The translations under genes and the position numbers were made by a program. A model generated the notes under the pieces. The model had not been told where the DNA came from, ran no database searches, and worked only from the letters and a program-made list of their open reading frames with translations. Positions 19,170-33,287 of a DNA stretch of 64,000 bases are shown one piece after another. Numbering within the stretch: the stretch's first letter is position 1; each line of letters starts with the position of its first letter. The stretch comes from the human T2T-CHM13v2.0 reference genome, Homo sapiens: NCBI RefSeq assembly GCF_009914755.1, contig NC_060926.1, one strand, 5' to 3'.

Positions 19170-20400
19170 CATCAGTTTTAGCAATATGGTCATGGATTTT
19201 TCTTTGAGAAGAGTTATTTTTTATTTTTTTTAATGATGTACTCTTTTTTTACCTATTATAAATATTTTGAGACTTTCTATTTATTTTTGGGGAGATTTTA
19301 TATTTTTGTTGTTCTAAACCTTTTCCAATTTAACTTATCTAATATGTTAGCATATAGTCTTATATCTGTGAGGTTGGTAGTAATGTCCCTCTTTCATTTC
19401 TAATTTTAATAATTTAAGACTTTCAACTTTTTTGTGTGTTCTTAGAGCTAAATATTTGTCAATTTTGTTTATCTTTTTGAAGAAAAACTTTTAGGTTTTA
19501 TTTCATTTCATGTTTTTACTATCTCTGCTTTAATTTCAGCTCTAATTCTTATTTTCTTTCTTCCCTTTGCTCTGAATTGAGCTTGCTCTCACTTTTCAAG
19601 TGTTATCAGGTCAAAGATATGGTAGTTTATTTGTGATCTTTCCAGTTTTTAAATTGTAAGCAAATTCAATTATAAGTTTATCTCTAAGCACTGCTTTAGC
19701 TGCATCATATAAGTCCTGGTCTGTTATGTCTTTATTTTCATTTATCTCAAAACGTCATCCTCAGATTTGCTTTTGTTTCATTGTTTAAAAAATAGTGTGT
19801 TGTTTAATTTCCACATATTTATGAGTTTTCAATTTTTTTAATGTAACCATCTAAATTTACACTATTGTAATCAGAAAACATACTCTGTATGATTTCAAAC
19901 ATTTGGCACATGTTGAGGCTTATATGATGGTCGAATTTATGGCCTAAGCTGGGGAATGTCTCATTTGAGCTCAAAAAGAATGGGTATTCTCCTGTTGTTG
20001 GGTGGAACATTTTATACACAAGCACACACATCGCACACACACATACACACACACGAACACAGATATATATACATACACACATACACACACATAAACACAT
20101 ATATATATACACACATACATATATACACACACGTATATATATATTTGTTAGGTCTAGCTTGTGTATAGAATGTTCAAGTCTTCCATTTCTTGTTAATCTT
20201 TTGCATAGTTGTTGTATTCATTATTGAAAGTGAGGCAGTTATGACTCTGACTCTACTTGTCAAATTATCTATTTCTCCTGATAATTTTCTCAGCCTTTGT
20301 TCATTATGATAAAGCTTAAATTTTAGGTGAAAAATAAGTCTATAATTATTGTAACTTCCAGATATATTGACACTGTTACCATAAAATGTCACTTTTATCA
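19170..20400 (-). mobile_element. Old L1M ORF2 5' (endonuclease-region) remnant
   Basis: Reverse ORF2-like motifs (ctaagcactgctttagctgcat; tcagaaaacatactctgtatgatttc); contains a (CA/TA)n tract at ~20020-20143. Confidence 0.65.
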
Positions 20401-20409
20401 TTATTAACA

Positions 20410-21670
20410 TGAACATTACTAAAATTGGTGTGTTGACATTGTATCTAGCAAATTCACTGAATTTGTTTATTACTTCTAACAGTTTTTTTGCTGGAGTCTT
20501 TAGGGTGTATATATGCAAGATCATGTCATCTGCAAATGGAGACAGTTTCATTTCCTTTCCTATTTTGATACCTTTTATTTCTTTTGTCTAATTGCTCTGG
20601 ACAGCCTGTCTGGCATAGACCACAGCCTATCCTGATGCTTGATTGCGTAGGCAAACTGGCCTGGGTCAGCTGGTGGACGGGCCTCATGCCTAGACCCACA
20701 GGATTGGGCCTAGAGCCTGGGTCCACAGGAGCTGGCCTGGAAGTTGGGTATGTGGGTATAGGCCTTTAGGCTAGGTCTGTGAAGACTTGGCATGGGCCTG
20801 GACCCACAGGGCCAGCTTGGCTCTGGGGTAAACCTGAAGGCTAGGTCCACCAGAGTAAGCCTGCATTCTGATGCTAGGGGAATTGTCCTAGAACCTGGGA
20901 TCATGGAGATTGTCCTGGCTCTGGGTAGACCTAAAGTCTGTGTTCACAAATGCTGGCCTGAAGGCTAGGCCTGCAGGTGTCAGCCTAGTACCTGAGGCCA
21001 TGGTGGCCATAAAGGAGCTGGAGTGGGACTGGAAGCTGAGTTCCAGGCTGTTGGCCTGATGCCTAAGTCTGTGGGTCTGGCTTGGTATTGGGAGGGCATG
21101 AATAATAAGTCTGTGGGGCCAGCATGCCACCTGGGGCCATGGAGGCTGGTTTGGCAATTAAATTGGGCCTGAAGACTGGGTCTATATATGCTGGCGTGGT
21201 TATTAGGGCTGCAAGAGCCAGACTGATGCTGGGGCAGGCACAAACCTGAGCCTTAGGGGCCCACCTGGCATTGGGTTGGGCCTGAAGCTCAGTCCACAGC
21301 TACCAGCCTAAAGTCTGGGGCTTTGAGGGCCTGAATAGCAATAGCATTTACTTGGGCTGACCCACTATTGGGGTCCAAGACAAAGTTCAGTGTTCACTTC
21401 ATTCCCTTTCCTCTAGGAGGTTATCTTTCTCCATGCTGTGCTGCCTGGGGTTAGGAGAGGAGTGGTCTGGATAATGTAAAACTATTCTTTCTACCCTCTT
21501 GAATGCATCTTTACTTAGTTTTGTGCTGGACCCAAGTGCTCTAATCTGTCATCTGGTTTCCTTAGCTCTGGTGAAGCTATTTTTGTACATGAATAGGTGC
21601 TCAAATTGATGTTTTTGCAAAGGGAAAACTGCTGAAAAGTTCTATTTCACTATCTTGCTTATGTCATTCC
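20410..21670 (-). mobile_element. L1M 5'UTR with degenerate GC-rich repeats, joined directly to an ORF2 RT fragment
   Basis: Reverse strand begins ggaatgacataagcaagatagtgaaatagaa (L1 5' start, decayed caagatggc motif); 20410-20600 translates KLSPFADDMIL. Confidence 0.65.
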
Positions 21671-21674
21671 CATC

Positions 21675-23360
21675 TCAACCATTTTCAAGTGTACAGTTCA
21701 GTAGTGTTATATAGAGTCACATGTTGTGCAAACAATCTCCAGAGGGTTTAGTAATTTTATTTTGATTTTTTAAAGAAATCTCCACACTGTTTTACATTTA
21801 AAACAAGGGTGAATAAGGGCCTCAGTGTTCTTTTTTTTTCTTTTTTTTATTTTTATGTATTTATTTTTTAATTTTATTATTATTATACTTTAAGTTTTAG
21901 GGTACATGTGCACAACGTGCATGTTTGTTACATATGTATACATGTGCCATGTTGGTGTGCTGCACCCATTAACTCGTCATTTAGCATTTGTTATATCTCC
22001 TAATGCTATCCCTCCCCCCACCCCACAACAGGCCCCAGAGTGTGATGTTCCCCTTCCTGTGTCCATGTGTTTTCATTGTTCAATTCCCACCTATGAGTGA
22101 GAACATGCGGTGTTTGGTTTTTTGTCCTTGTGATACTTTGATGAGAATGATGGTTTCCAGCTTCATCCATGTCCCTACAAAGGACGTGAACTCATCACTT
22201 TTTGTGGCTGCATAGTGTTCCATGGTGTATATGTGCCACATTTTCTTAATCCAGTCTATCATTGTTGGACATTTGGGTTGGTTCCAAGTCTTTGCTATTG
22301 TGAATAGTGCCGCAATAAACATACATGTGCATGTGTCTTTATAGTAGCATGATTTATAATCCTTTGGGTATATACCCAGTAATGGGATGGCTGGGTCAAA
22401 TGGTATTTCTAGTTCTAGATCCCTGAGGAATCACCACACCGACTTCCACAATGGTTGAACTAGTTTACAGTCCCACCAACAGTGTAAAAGTGTTCCTATT
22501 TCTCCACATCCTCTCCAGCACCTGTTGTTTCCTGACTTTTTAATGATTGCCATTCTAACTGGTGTGAGATGGTATCTCATTGTGGTTTTGATTTGCATTT
22601 CTCTGATGCCCAGTGATGATGAGCATTTTTTCCTGTGTTTTTTGGCTGCATAAATGTCTTCTTTTGAGAAGTGTCTGTTCATATTCTTCGCCCACTTTTT
22701 GATGGGGTTGTTTGTTTTTTTCTTGTAAATTTGTTCTTGTCCTTTTCTTTTTTCAGAATATCCATCCTAATATGTGTTAGATGGTATCCTAATATGCTTT
22801 TGATTTGAATTTTCATGATTAGTGATTTTGAAAACCTTTCATGTGCTTGTCAGCCACTTGAATACATTTTCAGAGAAATGTCTATTCAAACTTTTTGCCC
22901 ATTTTTATTATTATCTTTTGTAAAATTACTGTGTTGTATGAGTTCTTTAAATATTCTGGATGGTAACCCTTTATGATATATCTTCTTTGCAAATGTTTTC
23001 TTCCTTTCCATATATTGCCTTTTTGATTGCATACTTTGATGCAGTTGTTTTTTTAAATTTTGATGTAGTTCGATTTATCTATTTTTACTTTCTTGCCTGT
23101 GCTTTTATTATATCCAAGAAAATTATCCAATCCAAGTTTATAGGTTTCCCCCTTTGTTTTCTTCTAGGTGTTTAATAGTTTAGCTCTTAGATATAGGTAT
23201 TCTATCCATTTTAGTTAATTTTATACGTGGTGTAAAGTAAAGGTCCAACTTCATTTTCTGCATGTGCATATCCAGTTTTCCCGGTACCATTTGTTGACAG
23301 AACTGTTCTTTCCTCTTTGAATGGTCTTCATACTCTTTTCAAAAATAATTTGACCATATT
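21675..23360 (-). mobile_element. Fragmented L1MA/MB 3' remnant hosting an L1PA4
   Basis: ccattttcaagtgtacagttcagtagtg 3' motif; ORF2-like reverse sequence 22760-23360. Confidence 0.6.
21833..22733 (-). mobile_element. 5'-truncated L1PA4-like
   Basis: Poly-T tail, 3'UTR (ccatgttggtgtgctgcacccattaactcgtcatttagc), ORF2 C-terminal peptides; candidate TSD tgttctt at 21826-21832 and 22732-22738. Confidence 0.9.
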
Positions 23361-23399
23361 TGAGAAGAATATAGAAATGATTTTTAAATCCATTATAAA

Positions 23400-23471
23400 G
23401 AAGGAGAAAATATGCATTAATACTGTATCTTATACTTACGTAATTACTTTTACTGGTGCTCTTTGTGTGTT

Positions 23472-23516
<45 letters not shown>

Positions 23517-24150
23517 ATTTCCATCTGGGCCTATTTGTTTTCAGCCTACAGAATAGCCTTTAGTATTTCCTATAAGGCAGGCCTACTAGAAATAAGATTT
23601 CTCAGTTTTTAATTTATCCTGAAAAGGCTTTTTTTTCCCCAAAGGTTCTCTTAGCTACTAATCTAGGTAGGTCTATAGTTTCTGAACTTCTTGCTTGTCT
23701 CTCCTTATGTGAAACCTCTGACCTATGAGTGAACTGGTGGGAGGAGCTGGGGTCAGTGTCCCAATATTCTTAGGGATGAAAATTGCTGGTGTCTTGCCCC
23801 TTCCAACTCCCTCTGAGACTCAGTAAGCTTTATTTGCATTGTGAAGGGAGAGAGAGCCCTGTCTTCTTGTCTATACTTGCCTGCAATGGAATTTCTGTCA
23901 GGATGAGCTGGATGGGGAAGCTGAGGAGATGAAGCATGCTGTGGTTCAAATCCTAGAGATTCTTTCAATTCTTACCAAAATTTAATTAATGTTAAAAAAA
24001 TTATTTGTTCATTGTATGCATTTAGAACAATTTTCAGAGACTTTAAATGGTTGTTTAATTAAATTTTGACCAGCTTGGCTTGTTTGTCTGGGGAATGGGT
24101 CTTCAGAGCTCCACATGTAGTCATCCTGAAATATGAACTCAGCCATATGC
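23400..24150 (-). mobile_element. Ancient L1M (L1MC-ME type) remnant with (TG)n at ~23463-23512
   Basis: cctttagtatttcctataaggcaggcctactag motif typical of the old L1M ORF1/inter-ORF region. Confidence 0.5.
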
Positions 24151-25084
24151 TTTAAAATAATAAAGAATGAAATAAATTTTCATTACGGTATTCCCAGTTG
24201 GGATAAGGGGGTTGTATCCCCAATGGGAAAAATGAATGCAAGTCCTTTATGATGAAATACATTCAGTATTTAAGGTAAAAGATACTAAAGTACAGTGAAT
24301 AATGTATCTAGGAACATTAATATTTAATCACTATAATAATTTCAAGAACATAAAAATGTATCAATGTGTCTAGAGAAAAGGGTGGATTTATAGAAGAATT
24401 CAAAATGGAGGCAGAGACCAGACCATGCATAAAAGTATAGACTTCATCCTGAAAGGGATTCATAGAAATCAATTTCTATCTCACAAAACAGCTAAACCTG
24501 CATCATTATATAATGTGTGAAATATCCCAATGTAAGTATACTAATGTAGATAGCCTCATTTCAATATCCAATGTATATCTTCAGTAATATTCAAGGATAC
24601 AGAAATATGTCTTGTCTCCCAGCCCCTTGTTCCTGCTCACCAAAGGCAATAGGACAAATAGCATGCTAATTCTATCAGAGTCTGTTCAGTTGAATTATCT
24701 TGATATATATTCTCAAAATATGTTCCAGTTCTAAGTGAGTCCTGTGGTGAGGAGTCAAATCTGACACTTTTCAAAGCTGACTTCCTTGGTTACACAAATA
24801 CATGAGTAAGTCATTTGAAATGGGACAGTGTTTGCATGTTAAAGTACTAAAATTGTAAATAATAATGTGCTATTAGTAAAAGAGGAGAAAAAGACATGTA
24901 GGATGGTGTGGACAAAGATATCTTTACACAAAAGGTGACAAGCAAGACAGAGCTTAAATCACAAAAATAAATAAATAAATACATAAATAAATAATTACAT
25001 GGAAAGAGAAATACTTTTTAGACAAAGGGGATATTATGGAGAAATATTTTGCAAGTGGAATTAAGTACGCACCAAAAGAAGATA

Positions 25085-26522
25085 TCTATAAAAATCACTA
25101 AAAGTGTTCAACAGCAGACTTGATCAAGCAGAAGATCTAACCAATGAACTTAAAGTCAGTTCATGTACAACTTTCCATTCAGAGAAGCAAAAAGAAAAAA
25201 AAAAGAAAAAGAATAAAGAAAGCCTATGGAGCAAAAAGAAAAAAAAAAGAAAAAGAATAAAGAAAGCCTATGGGACTTAAGGGGCACTGACAATTTTATC
25301 AATATATATATGATCAGAGTCCTAAAAAGAGGAGAAAGAGAAAAAAAGACAGATTTAAGAAAAAATCATAGCTTAAAAATTATCAAATCTGGAGAAGGAA
25401 ATGAACATCCAAATTCCAAATCACAAACTTCCTGAATAAGATAAATCAAAAGAAGTGCAAACCAAGATTCATTACAATTAAATCATCAAAAGTCAAAGAA
25501 AACTAACTTTAAAAGAAGCAAGTAGAAAGTGAGCTGTCACATTTAAGGGAAATTCCATCAGAATATTAGTGGATTTCCCAACAGAAGCCTTGCAGACCAG
25601 AAGGTGGTTGGATGATATATTCAAAATTTTGACAGGAAAACAAATGCAAGAAATGCTAAAGAAACTAATTTAACTTGAGATGAAAACACATGAGACAGCA
25701 ATAAGAAAGCATATGAAATCATAAACCTTACTGTCAAAGGTTAATATGTAGATGAATACAGAATAATCTAATACTCTAATGGTGGTGTTTAAATCACTTT
25801 TAATTCTGATAAAGAATTTAAAAAATGAAAGTATAAAAATAACCATCTAAAATATGTTAATGGATAGGCAATATAAAAACACATAATTTGGCTGGGCACA
25901 GTGGCTCATGCCTGTAATCCCAGCATTTTGGGAGGCCGAGGCAGGTGGATCACCTGAGGTCGGGAGTTCGAGACCAGCCTGAGCAACATGGAGAAACCCC
26001 ATCTGTACTAAAAATACAAAATTAGCCAGCTTGGTGGCGCCTGCCTGTAATCCCAGCTACTCAGGAGGCTGAAGCAGGAGAATTGCTTCAGCCAGGAGGT
26101 GGAGGTTGCAGTGAGCCGAGATGGTGCCATTGCACTCCAGCCTGGGCAGCAAGAGTGAAACCCTGTCTCAAAAACAAACAAACAAACAAACAAAAACATA
26201 ATTTGTGACATCAGTAACTACCAAGAGTGTGTGGAGAAGTAGAAGTTTAGAGTTTCTGTATGTGATTAAAGTTGTTATCATCTTAGAATGGATTGTTTTG
26301 AGTATAGCATGTTTTATGAAAGCCCAGTGGTAACCACAATGACAATGTCTATAGTAAATTCATCACAGAAAATGAGAAATGATTCAAAGGATGTCCCTGT
26401 CAAAAAATCAATGAACCACCAAAGAAGACAGCAAGAGAGGAATAGAGAGACAAAAGAGCTATAAGGCAGAGATAAAACAAATAACACAATAAAAATAGTT
26501 AGTCCTTCCCTATCAATAATTA
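25085..26522 (+). mobile_element. Old L1M ORF1/inter-ORF remnant interrupted by an Alu
   Basis: ttcaacagcagacttgatcaagcagaaga; gaaagcctatgggactta; cagaagccttgcagaccagaagg. Confidence 0.7.
25890..26195 (+). mobile_element. AluSp-like with (AAAC)n tail
   Basis: Sp-type gaggtcgggag and aacatggagaaacccc; TSD acataattt. Confidence 0.9.
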
Positions 26523-27504
26523 GGAAGAATCTGATCTGAATAACATTACACTGTACAATGCCTGTCATGGAGTTCAGCAAACCACAGTTTTCTGGACTGC
26601 CATGCCTAACTTTTCCTATTTTACATGTGCTAAGGAAAGAAACTGAATCCCACTCATTTTTATATTTGCAAGACTGGCAGGATGTCTAGTCTCAAAAAAT
26701 TTTTCATCAATAAAAAATAGAAGCTCCAGTTTATGAAAATTACTGCTCTCAGATAAGAACTAATTGTGGCCATAGTTGTGAAAGGAAAGGAAACTAATTC
26801 AGCAAATTCATTTGCTCTGCTAAATTATCTGCTGAACTCTTTATGAATGTTATATTATTTACTTCTTATAACAAATATATGAGGTATATATCAAAGTATT
26901 TTTCTAAAGAATACTCAGAAAATTTATGGTAATTGGTCAATTTCACCTACAATTTGTTTTTTGTACTTACATATGTTAATCATATACTAGAATATTTAAT
27001 GACTATTACTACCAAAACTCTTTCCAAATCATATTGGAAAAATGATTTGAAATAAATGCCTTATTCACAGTGATGTCTCCTCTCTTATTTTTCCTCTTTC
27101 ATATTATTGAGTTCATTCAGTCAACTCTTGATAATTTTTCTCTAAAGATTTCACAGATGTAACCCCATGTCTTTTATTTTGCTATTTCTAAACTGATTCA
27201 GGCTCTGTCATATTTCTCCTGCACATCTTAGATAATGCCTTTGCCTGACCTCCTTATGTGCAGCCTCATTTCCTCATTCCTCCTCTACATTTTTCCCAGA
27301 ATGTCTTTTGTAAAATACAAATCTAATGCAAATCATCCATGAAACCTCTAAATGGCTTTCATCCTTTAGGTATAAGTACTGTTATCCTAAGGGAACATTT
27401 TTTTTTTCTAGATTAAACTGTGAACTCTTTGAAGGAAGGAAGAAACTTCTTTTTAAATGGTGGAGGTAGTAGTGATTATATGTGGGATCTCGAAGTAGAT
27501 AAAA

Positions 27505-27712
27505 TAGATTTGTGGCAGACTGCAACTCCTCAACTTCACACTAGTTAGGTGATCTTGAACAAGTGTCTAAACTTCTATGCTCCTCCCTTTCTCCCAGTAT
27601 AGAGACAATACTGGAACCTATCTAATGAGATTTTTGTACTAATTAATACAATTCACATATGACCATAGCAGAGTGTCTGACAAATAAGAATTACATAGAT
27701 ATTAGCTATCAT
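27505..27712 (+). mobile_element. MIR
   Basis: Core gtgatcttgaacaagtgtctaaacttctatgctcc and 3' cagagtgtctgacaaataag...attagctat. Confidence 0.65.
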
Positions 27713-28578
27713 ACTGTAAACTTGGACATTAGGATAATAGTTTATGATACAATTGTGATTCATCGCTTTGGAATACAATAAGTATTTGATGAACAATAAA
27801 TAGAGATAATAGTTTTCAAAGTCGAAAAATGTGATAATAAGGTTTACTTCTTCAGGATACTTGAGTACACAATCATATTATTGTTTCTTGATCATAGAAA
27901 AGTCGTCTTCATTTACCTCTCTTTTCCAGTTATTTCACGGGCACCTTTATGGGAATAAGTACAAGTAGCTCAGAATTAAGACAGTAAGATATTGATTCTT
28001 GGGCCTTGAATTACTGCTTACTATGCAAGATCCTTATTCATAAAATGCATGATTTATTAAGATTTTTTTCTTAAACGATTAAATATTTCTAATTTGTTCA
28101 CTAAACTTAAGACCAACAAAATCTTGATTTTCTCCATGAAAAAGAAGAAATAATAAAAACAAAAATAAAAATGTTAACAATTAAATAATATCTCCTGGCC
28201 TAGATAGTGAAAATACATCACAGTAGGAGAGGACCACATAAATCATTAGGATTGCATGCTGACTTCTATTAAGTCTCAAAAATATGATAATTACTAGGCA
28301 CTTAAAAAATCATGCTATTCTCATTGCATGATTATTTTTTTCCTGTTCCATAACTATTATCTCTCTGTTTTTTGGCAAGTAAATCAAACCTTTGAGGTTT
28401 GACTTTGTAATCATCCTCTCTAGAACTGTTTTGTTCCTGTCCTGAAAATGGTACCTTTTAAAAATGATGCCTCCCACCTACTGAAGATAAAATGCAGCTA
28501 AACTCTCTGACCTTTGAAAATGTGGGTGTAATAACCAGATCGAAGGACAGAAATCAAACAGGAGATGGATGAAATAAG

Positions 28579-28614
28579 CTCTCTCTCTCTCTCTCTCTCT
28601 TTTTTTTTTTTTTA
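28579..28614. repeat. (CT)n(T)n microsatellite
   Basis: Seen directly. Confidence 0.92.
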
Positions 28615-31600
28615 TGACAAGCGTTGATCTTTTTTCTGTAGCTGCCGATTCCCAGAAAAGTTTTTCTTAATTTCCAAGGTCATTAAGCAGCAGAATAGAG
28701 ACAAAGTCAAACTTACTCTGTCTGCCATTTTGGGTGAAGATTTTCCAGGAGTATGGCAGCTCACTTCATACCAGTTACTTTGGGAGAACCTCTCTCTTCT
28801 CTCTAGGAAGGGAGAATGTTAAGCTTAATTAATTCTGTTTTGTTTCTTTCAAGGAGGTTTTCATTTTTAGGCTTACATTTTAGGAGGTGGTTTACATTTA
28901 AGAGCTCCAGGATTTAATCAATCTTTTTAGATACCAGGTCTTTATTGAAGAAAAGAAAGAGGGGGCATGCAGTGGGCAGAAGAGCCAGATTAATGAGCAT
29001 GTAGAGATTAATCTGTGCCTCCTACTCCATCCAGTTGATTTTATGGCTGTGGATGTCACTTTTGCAAAGCATTTCTAGCTCTCTTGCGTAAACAGAAATA
29101 TGTGTAGGATATTCTTGAGAGGTTCACAATTGTTCTTATAAAGAAGGAGATTATAAATGATTCAGTGCCATACCCAAATCGTCTCCTCAGGGGACAATCC
29201 ATTTTGGGGCAGTACCTGGTAGCCTGACTCAGGGTAAGAGAGTTGTGCAGATCCAGGTCTCTTGCATATACTAGAAGAAGGGTGTGCTGTGTTGTACTAG
29301 GGTCAAAATACAGAAGAGATGCTAATGGGAAAAGGGAAATTGATAGGAGCTTTACAAGGTTGGACATGAAGCAAGATGGATGTTGGAGACCTGGAAAAGA
29401 TGAAATACAAGGCTTCATAAGCATGAAGCCTTATGACTGTCTGTGTAGGTGAAGTAGCCAGATAAATACAAACTGTAATTTTATTGATGTGAAGTTATTC
29501 TATACTTACCTAAAAATATCTCTTCACCTCTGTAAACAGCATTTTCTGAGAGGTACCTGTGATTCCCCATAGGCCCATAATTTAAAATGCAAATGTCCTA
29601 ACTTATCCAATTCTTGTTCTGTCTTACTCATTATAAGCTCAAAACATAGAGAAACTATTGTTTGAAGAAAAAAACACACAAGGTTTGGAGTAAAAAATGG
29701 GTCTATCAAGTGCACTAGCTAATTGACATTGGGAAAATTAATTTACCTCTATCAATATGTATAACATAGAGATCATACTGTCTTCTGTATGATAATATAT
29801 AAAAAGCTACTATAGGATTTGGTAGTACACAAGTGATGTTTGAAAGGTTAGGTGAACCTTTGAAGGAAAACAGCAATAATTGTGTGGCCTAAGGCATTAA
29901 CTGGGTGAACAAGAGTAGGTGTATTATAGCAGACAAAAGCAAGAGAAATTGGAATGGCCAGAGAGAGACCAGGGTTGTGCCAGGAGTGAGTGCAGAAGCT
30001 GGTTTCACAAAGAATACATCGCAACTTCCAAAGTCATGTACACTCTGCCACATTTATTTCATTTTGATTTTGGACCACATATGTCTCACACAGTGATCGT
30101 GAATAACTGAGTTATGGTTAACATGGACCCCAGTCTTTGACATTATGGTGAGTAATTTCCCATGTAACAGTTTCATAGTCTGACTTGAAAAAAATTGGAA
30201 TCCAATTTCTGTGTCTGCACTTGCATTCAGGATGTCCATTAAGAGTTAAGTTATATATTGTTTTGGAGATTTGGTAATAAATTAGAAGATAAGAGTAAGG
30301 TACAATTGTAAAAAAGAAAATAGTGAGTGTTATTAATAAAATAATTTCATTCTCTCGTTCACTCGCCCATATATCTTCCAAACACTAAATAACAAAGGCC
30401 ATAGATTTACCTTATCTGATGAAACAGTTCAATGAAATTTCAGCTATGATTATACTATACTAAATTATTTAAGACTGGGAGATTTTGTGACATGACACTA
30501 ACTTAATATTAGACGGAGAAGAAATAAAGTACAACCGTTCTCTTTCTTAATGAGTTTATTTATAATAAATCTTAGAAGCTTCATTTCAGTTTATCTCTTA
30601 ATTAAGAAGAAACAAACATATTTTTCTAAGTTATATTATTTAAATTGTTCAGTATCTTCCAAAGACATCGAACATTTCAAGGTATCTGAACTAAGAATGT
30701 TTAGATACAGATACTAATCATTCAAGACTCAAGAAAGTATGTGTAGTATTCAGCAGTCCTGTTTTGATATTGGGGCCTAGAAAATAGGCTTCAATTTGCT
30801 GAAGAGTTAGTGATGATAAAGAAACATTGTGCCTAATTAATACTGTAAAAAGTATTTTTAAATATAAAATATGCATAGAACAGAAAATAAGTGGAGGAAG
30901 AAGTGTCTGTGTTAGTGTTGGAAGATAAGATATAAATAGAACTTTGTCACACAGGGAATGAGGGAAGAAAGGGAAACTTCAGCCAGTGTGGAGATGGGTT
31001 GGGGGAGACAGCACAGAGTGTGGCAACAGCCTGGATGAATTCTTGTGAATAAATGAGTGGATTGTTTATGCACTCTCTTTACTTGATAATTTTACTAATA
31101 CTTTTCAAAAGTCTATGTAAGACATTTATAAATAGTCTGTTAAATTATGCACTGTGTAACTACATCATCAAATAATAAGAAAATAAATTCAAATTATCAG
31201 ATATTTAAGAGTTGAATACAAAAGCAGCTGCTATAATTGGTATTATATACACAATTATTACAATCACAAGTCATTGACAAAGATTCATGAAATAAGAGTG
31301 CACAAGGCTAAGGTCTAATTATCCATTTAAAAGATGAACATGCTGACTGCAGATCCTTCTTGAAGGTAAATTCTGCTGGGCTCATTCTGTGGAGAGACAG
31401 ATAAGAGAAAGAGAAAAATTAACAGTAATATCTATTCAGGTAGTCATAAGGTAAATTGCTTCCAGAAAAACATTCACATTGGTCTGGACTCCATTTTTAT
31501 AAACAGATAGAAATTGGTATGCCTCACAAACCTACAGAATGACATAACTCTAAGTGCATTAATCTTTGTATATCTTCAGTGTTTGTAGATGTTGTATTCC

Positions 31601-32999
31601 GTCTGTTTAGTTAGAAGTCATATCTGTCCATCCCTTTTGCATCACAGAGGGTTTTCCAATCTTTTGTGCACTTTGATAATCTCATTTCAGTATCTTATTA
31701 TTTATTATAAAAGATGGTTCTTTTGGATACTATTTTGATTTCCATTTAAAATTTTAAAACTTTTACAGTGTTATGGTTTCTGCTATAGACACACAGAACT
31801 ATATATGGGCCAATTCTATCATTTATATAATTTCTGGAAGTCCACATGGTAGGGAAGAACAAAAAGATTTGAGAAAGTCAATATATGATTTTTAGGTGTC
31901 TTTGTAGGCAGAAGCTCTGAAAAGGAAAATTTCTTTATTTGCTCCTACTATATCCCACCTTTGCCCTTCACTATGTCAATACATTTTTGGATGAGGATAT
32001 TGCCAAGTATTTTTTATATATCATAATAAAATTACTTTAAAAATGCCAAATAAAATATCTCCTGTGAAACCTTGATGCAATAAATAGTTCATTTTATTTT
32101 TAAGTAGTTTCTGTAACTATTTGTAGATAGAAAGAAACAATACTCTTTTATCTTTAGTAACCAAGAAGGTGAACAGCTGCACTGGAACTAGCTTCAGTTT
32201 CACTCAGCCCTGACCTAGTGCTCTAGGACATTTCAGTGATGTATGAAGGTCAGAGATTAATTACTGGTGGAAAATCAGACATCAAAATTTACTGCACAAG
32301 ACTGAGAAATTACCAGAAATAGCTTCTCATGGACCTTCAATTATATACATTAAACACTATTATTTTAACTCATTAAGTATAATCCTACTTACAATTTGGA
32401 ACCATGTTGATGGAGTTTTTTTTTTTCCTAATACCTAAATACTAAGGAGTTCTGTTATACTTTTTAGGCAGTAATGCCCATGTCCTCAGTTGTGAGTGGT
32501 AAGACATCCTGTGTGAGACATTGAATAAGACCACAGTCATTCAAAAATCATAATTCATTATCAAAATATTCACCTATAAACTCATTCACCCAACACTAGA
32601 CTCAAATATTTTTAGAGTAAATTTTATAAGTCTTTAATTCCTATCTTAGTAAGATAATTATTCCAGAGACCTGGGTGGAAAGAAGTAAAATTCCAAATTA
32701 ATTTTATGAAAGAGTATAATTTTACACGAGAATTATACAACACAAAAAAACTAAAATTATAGGTTAGTTATGTTTGCCAAGTTGTAAGAATTGGTAAACT
32801 ATATCCTGAGTAATGTCACAGTAACCTGTACAAGACAAAATCTTATGCTGATGACAATTACAAGCCTAGCGCAAAATGGAACAGCGTGAACATGTTGGAG
32901 AGTAATCACAAGCAGGTGAGAATGAGAGGGTGTTCACCCTTGAAAGTCAGGAACTATACTGGTTAAGATCTATATTTCTTTTTCTCCTGAGATCATGCT

Positions 33000-33244
33000 T
33001 CAGTTTAATATCAGTGACTAAAGCTTCCAATTTCAGAAGTTAGAAAAAGAAAGCATATTAAGCCCCTCAAAAGGTAAATGAATAAAATAAAATTAAAAAC
33101 TGAAATCAATGTAATAAATAAACAAGAAAACTTAGATGACAACAATAGCAAAGATTGTTCATTAGGTAAAAATAAATAAACCCCTGATAAGATTGACGAA
33201 ACCCCTAGACTGAAAAAGGTGTGTGGGCGTGTGTGCGTGTGTGC

Positions 33245-33287
<43 letters not shown>

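Noticed and set aside
29504-29516. Minus-strand tttttAG/GTAAGT recursive-splice-like motif
   Set aside because: The pyrimidine tract is short with purines upstream, and there is no evidence for a host transcript.
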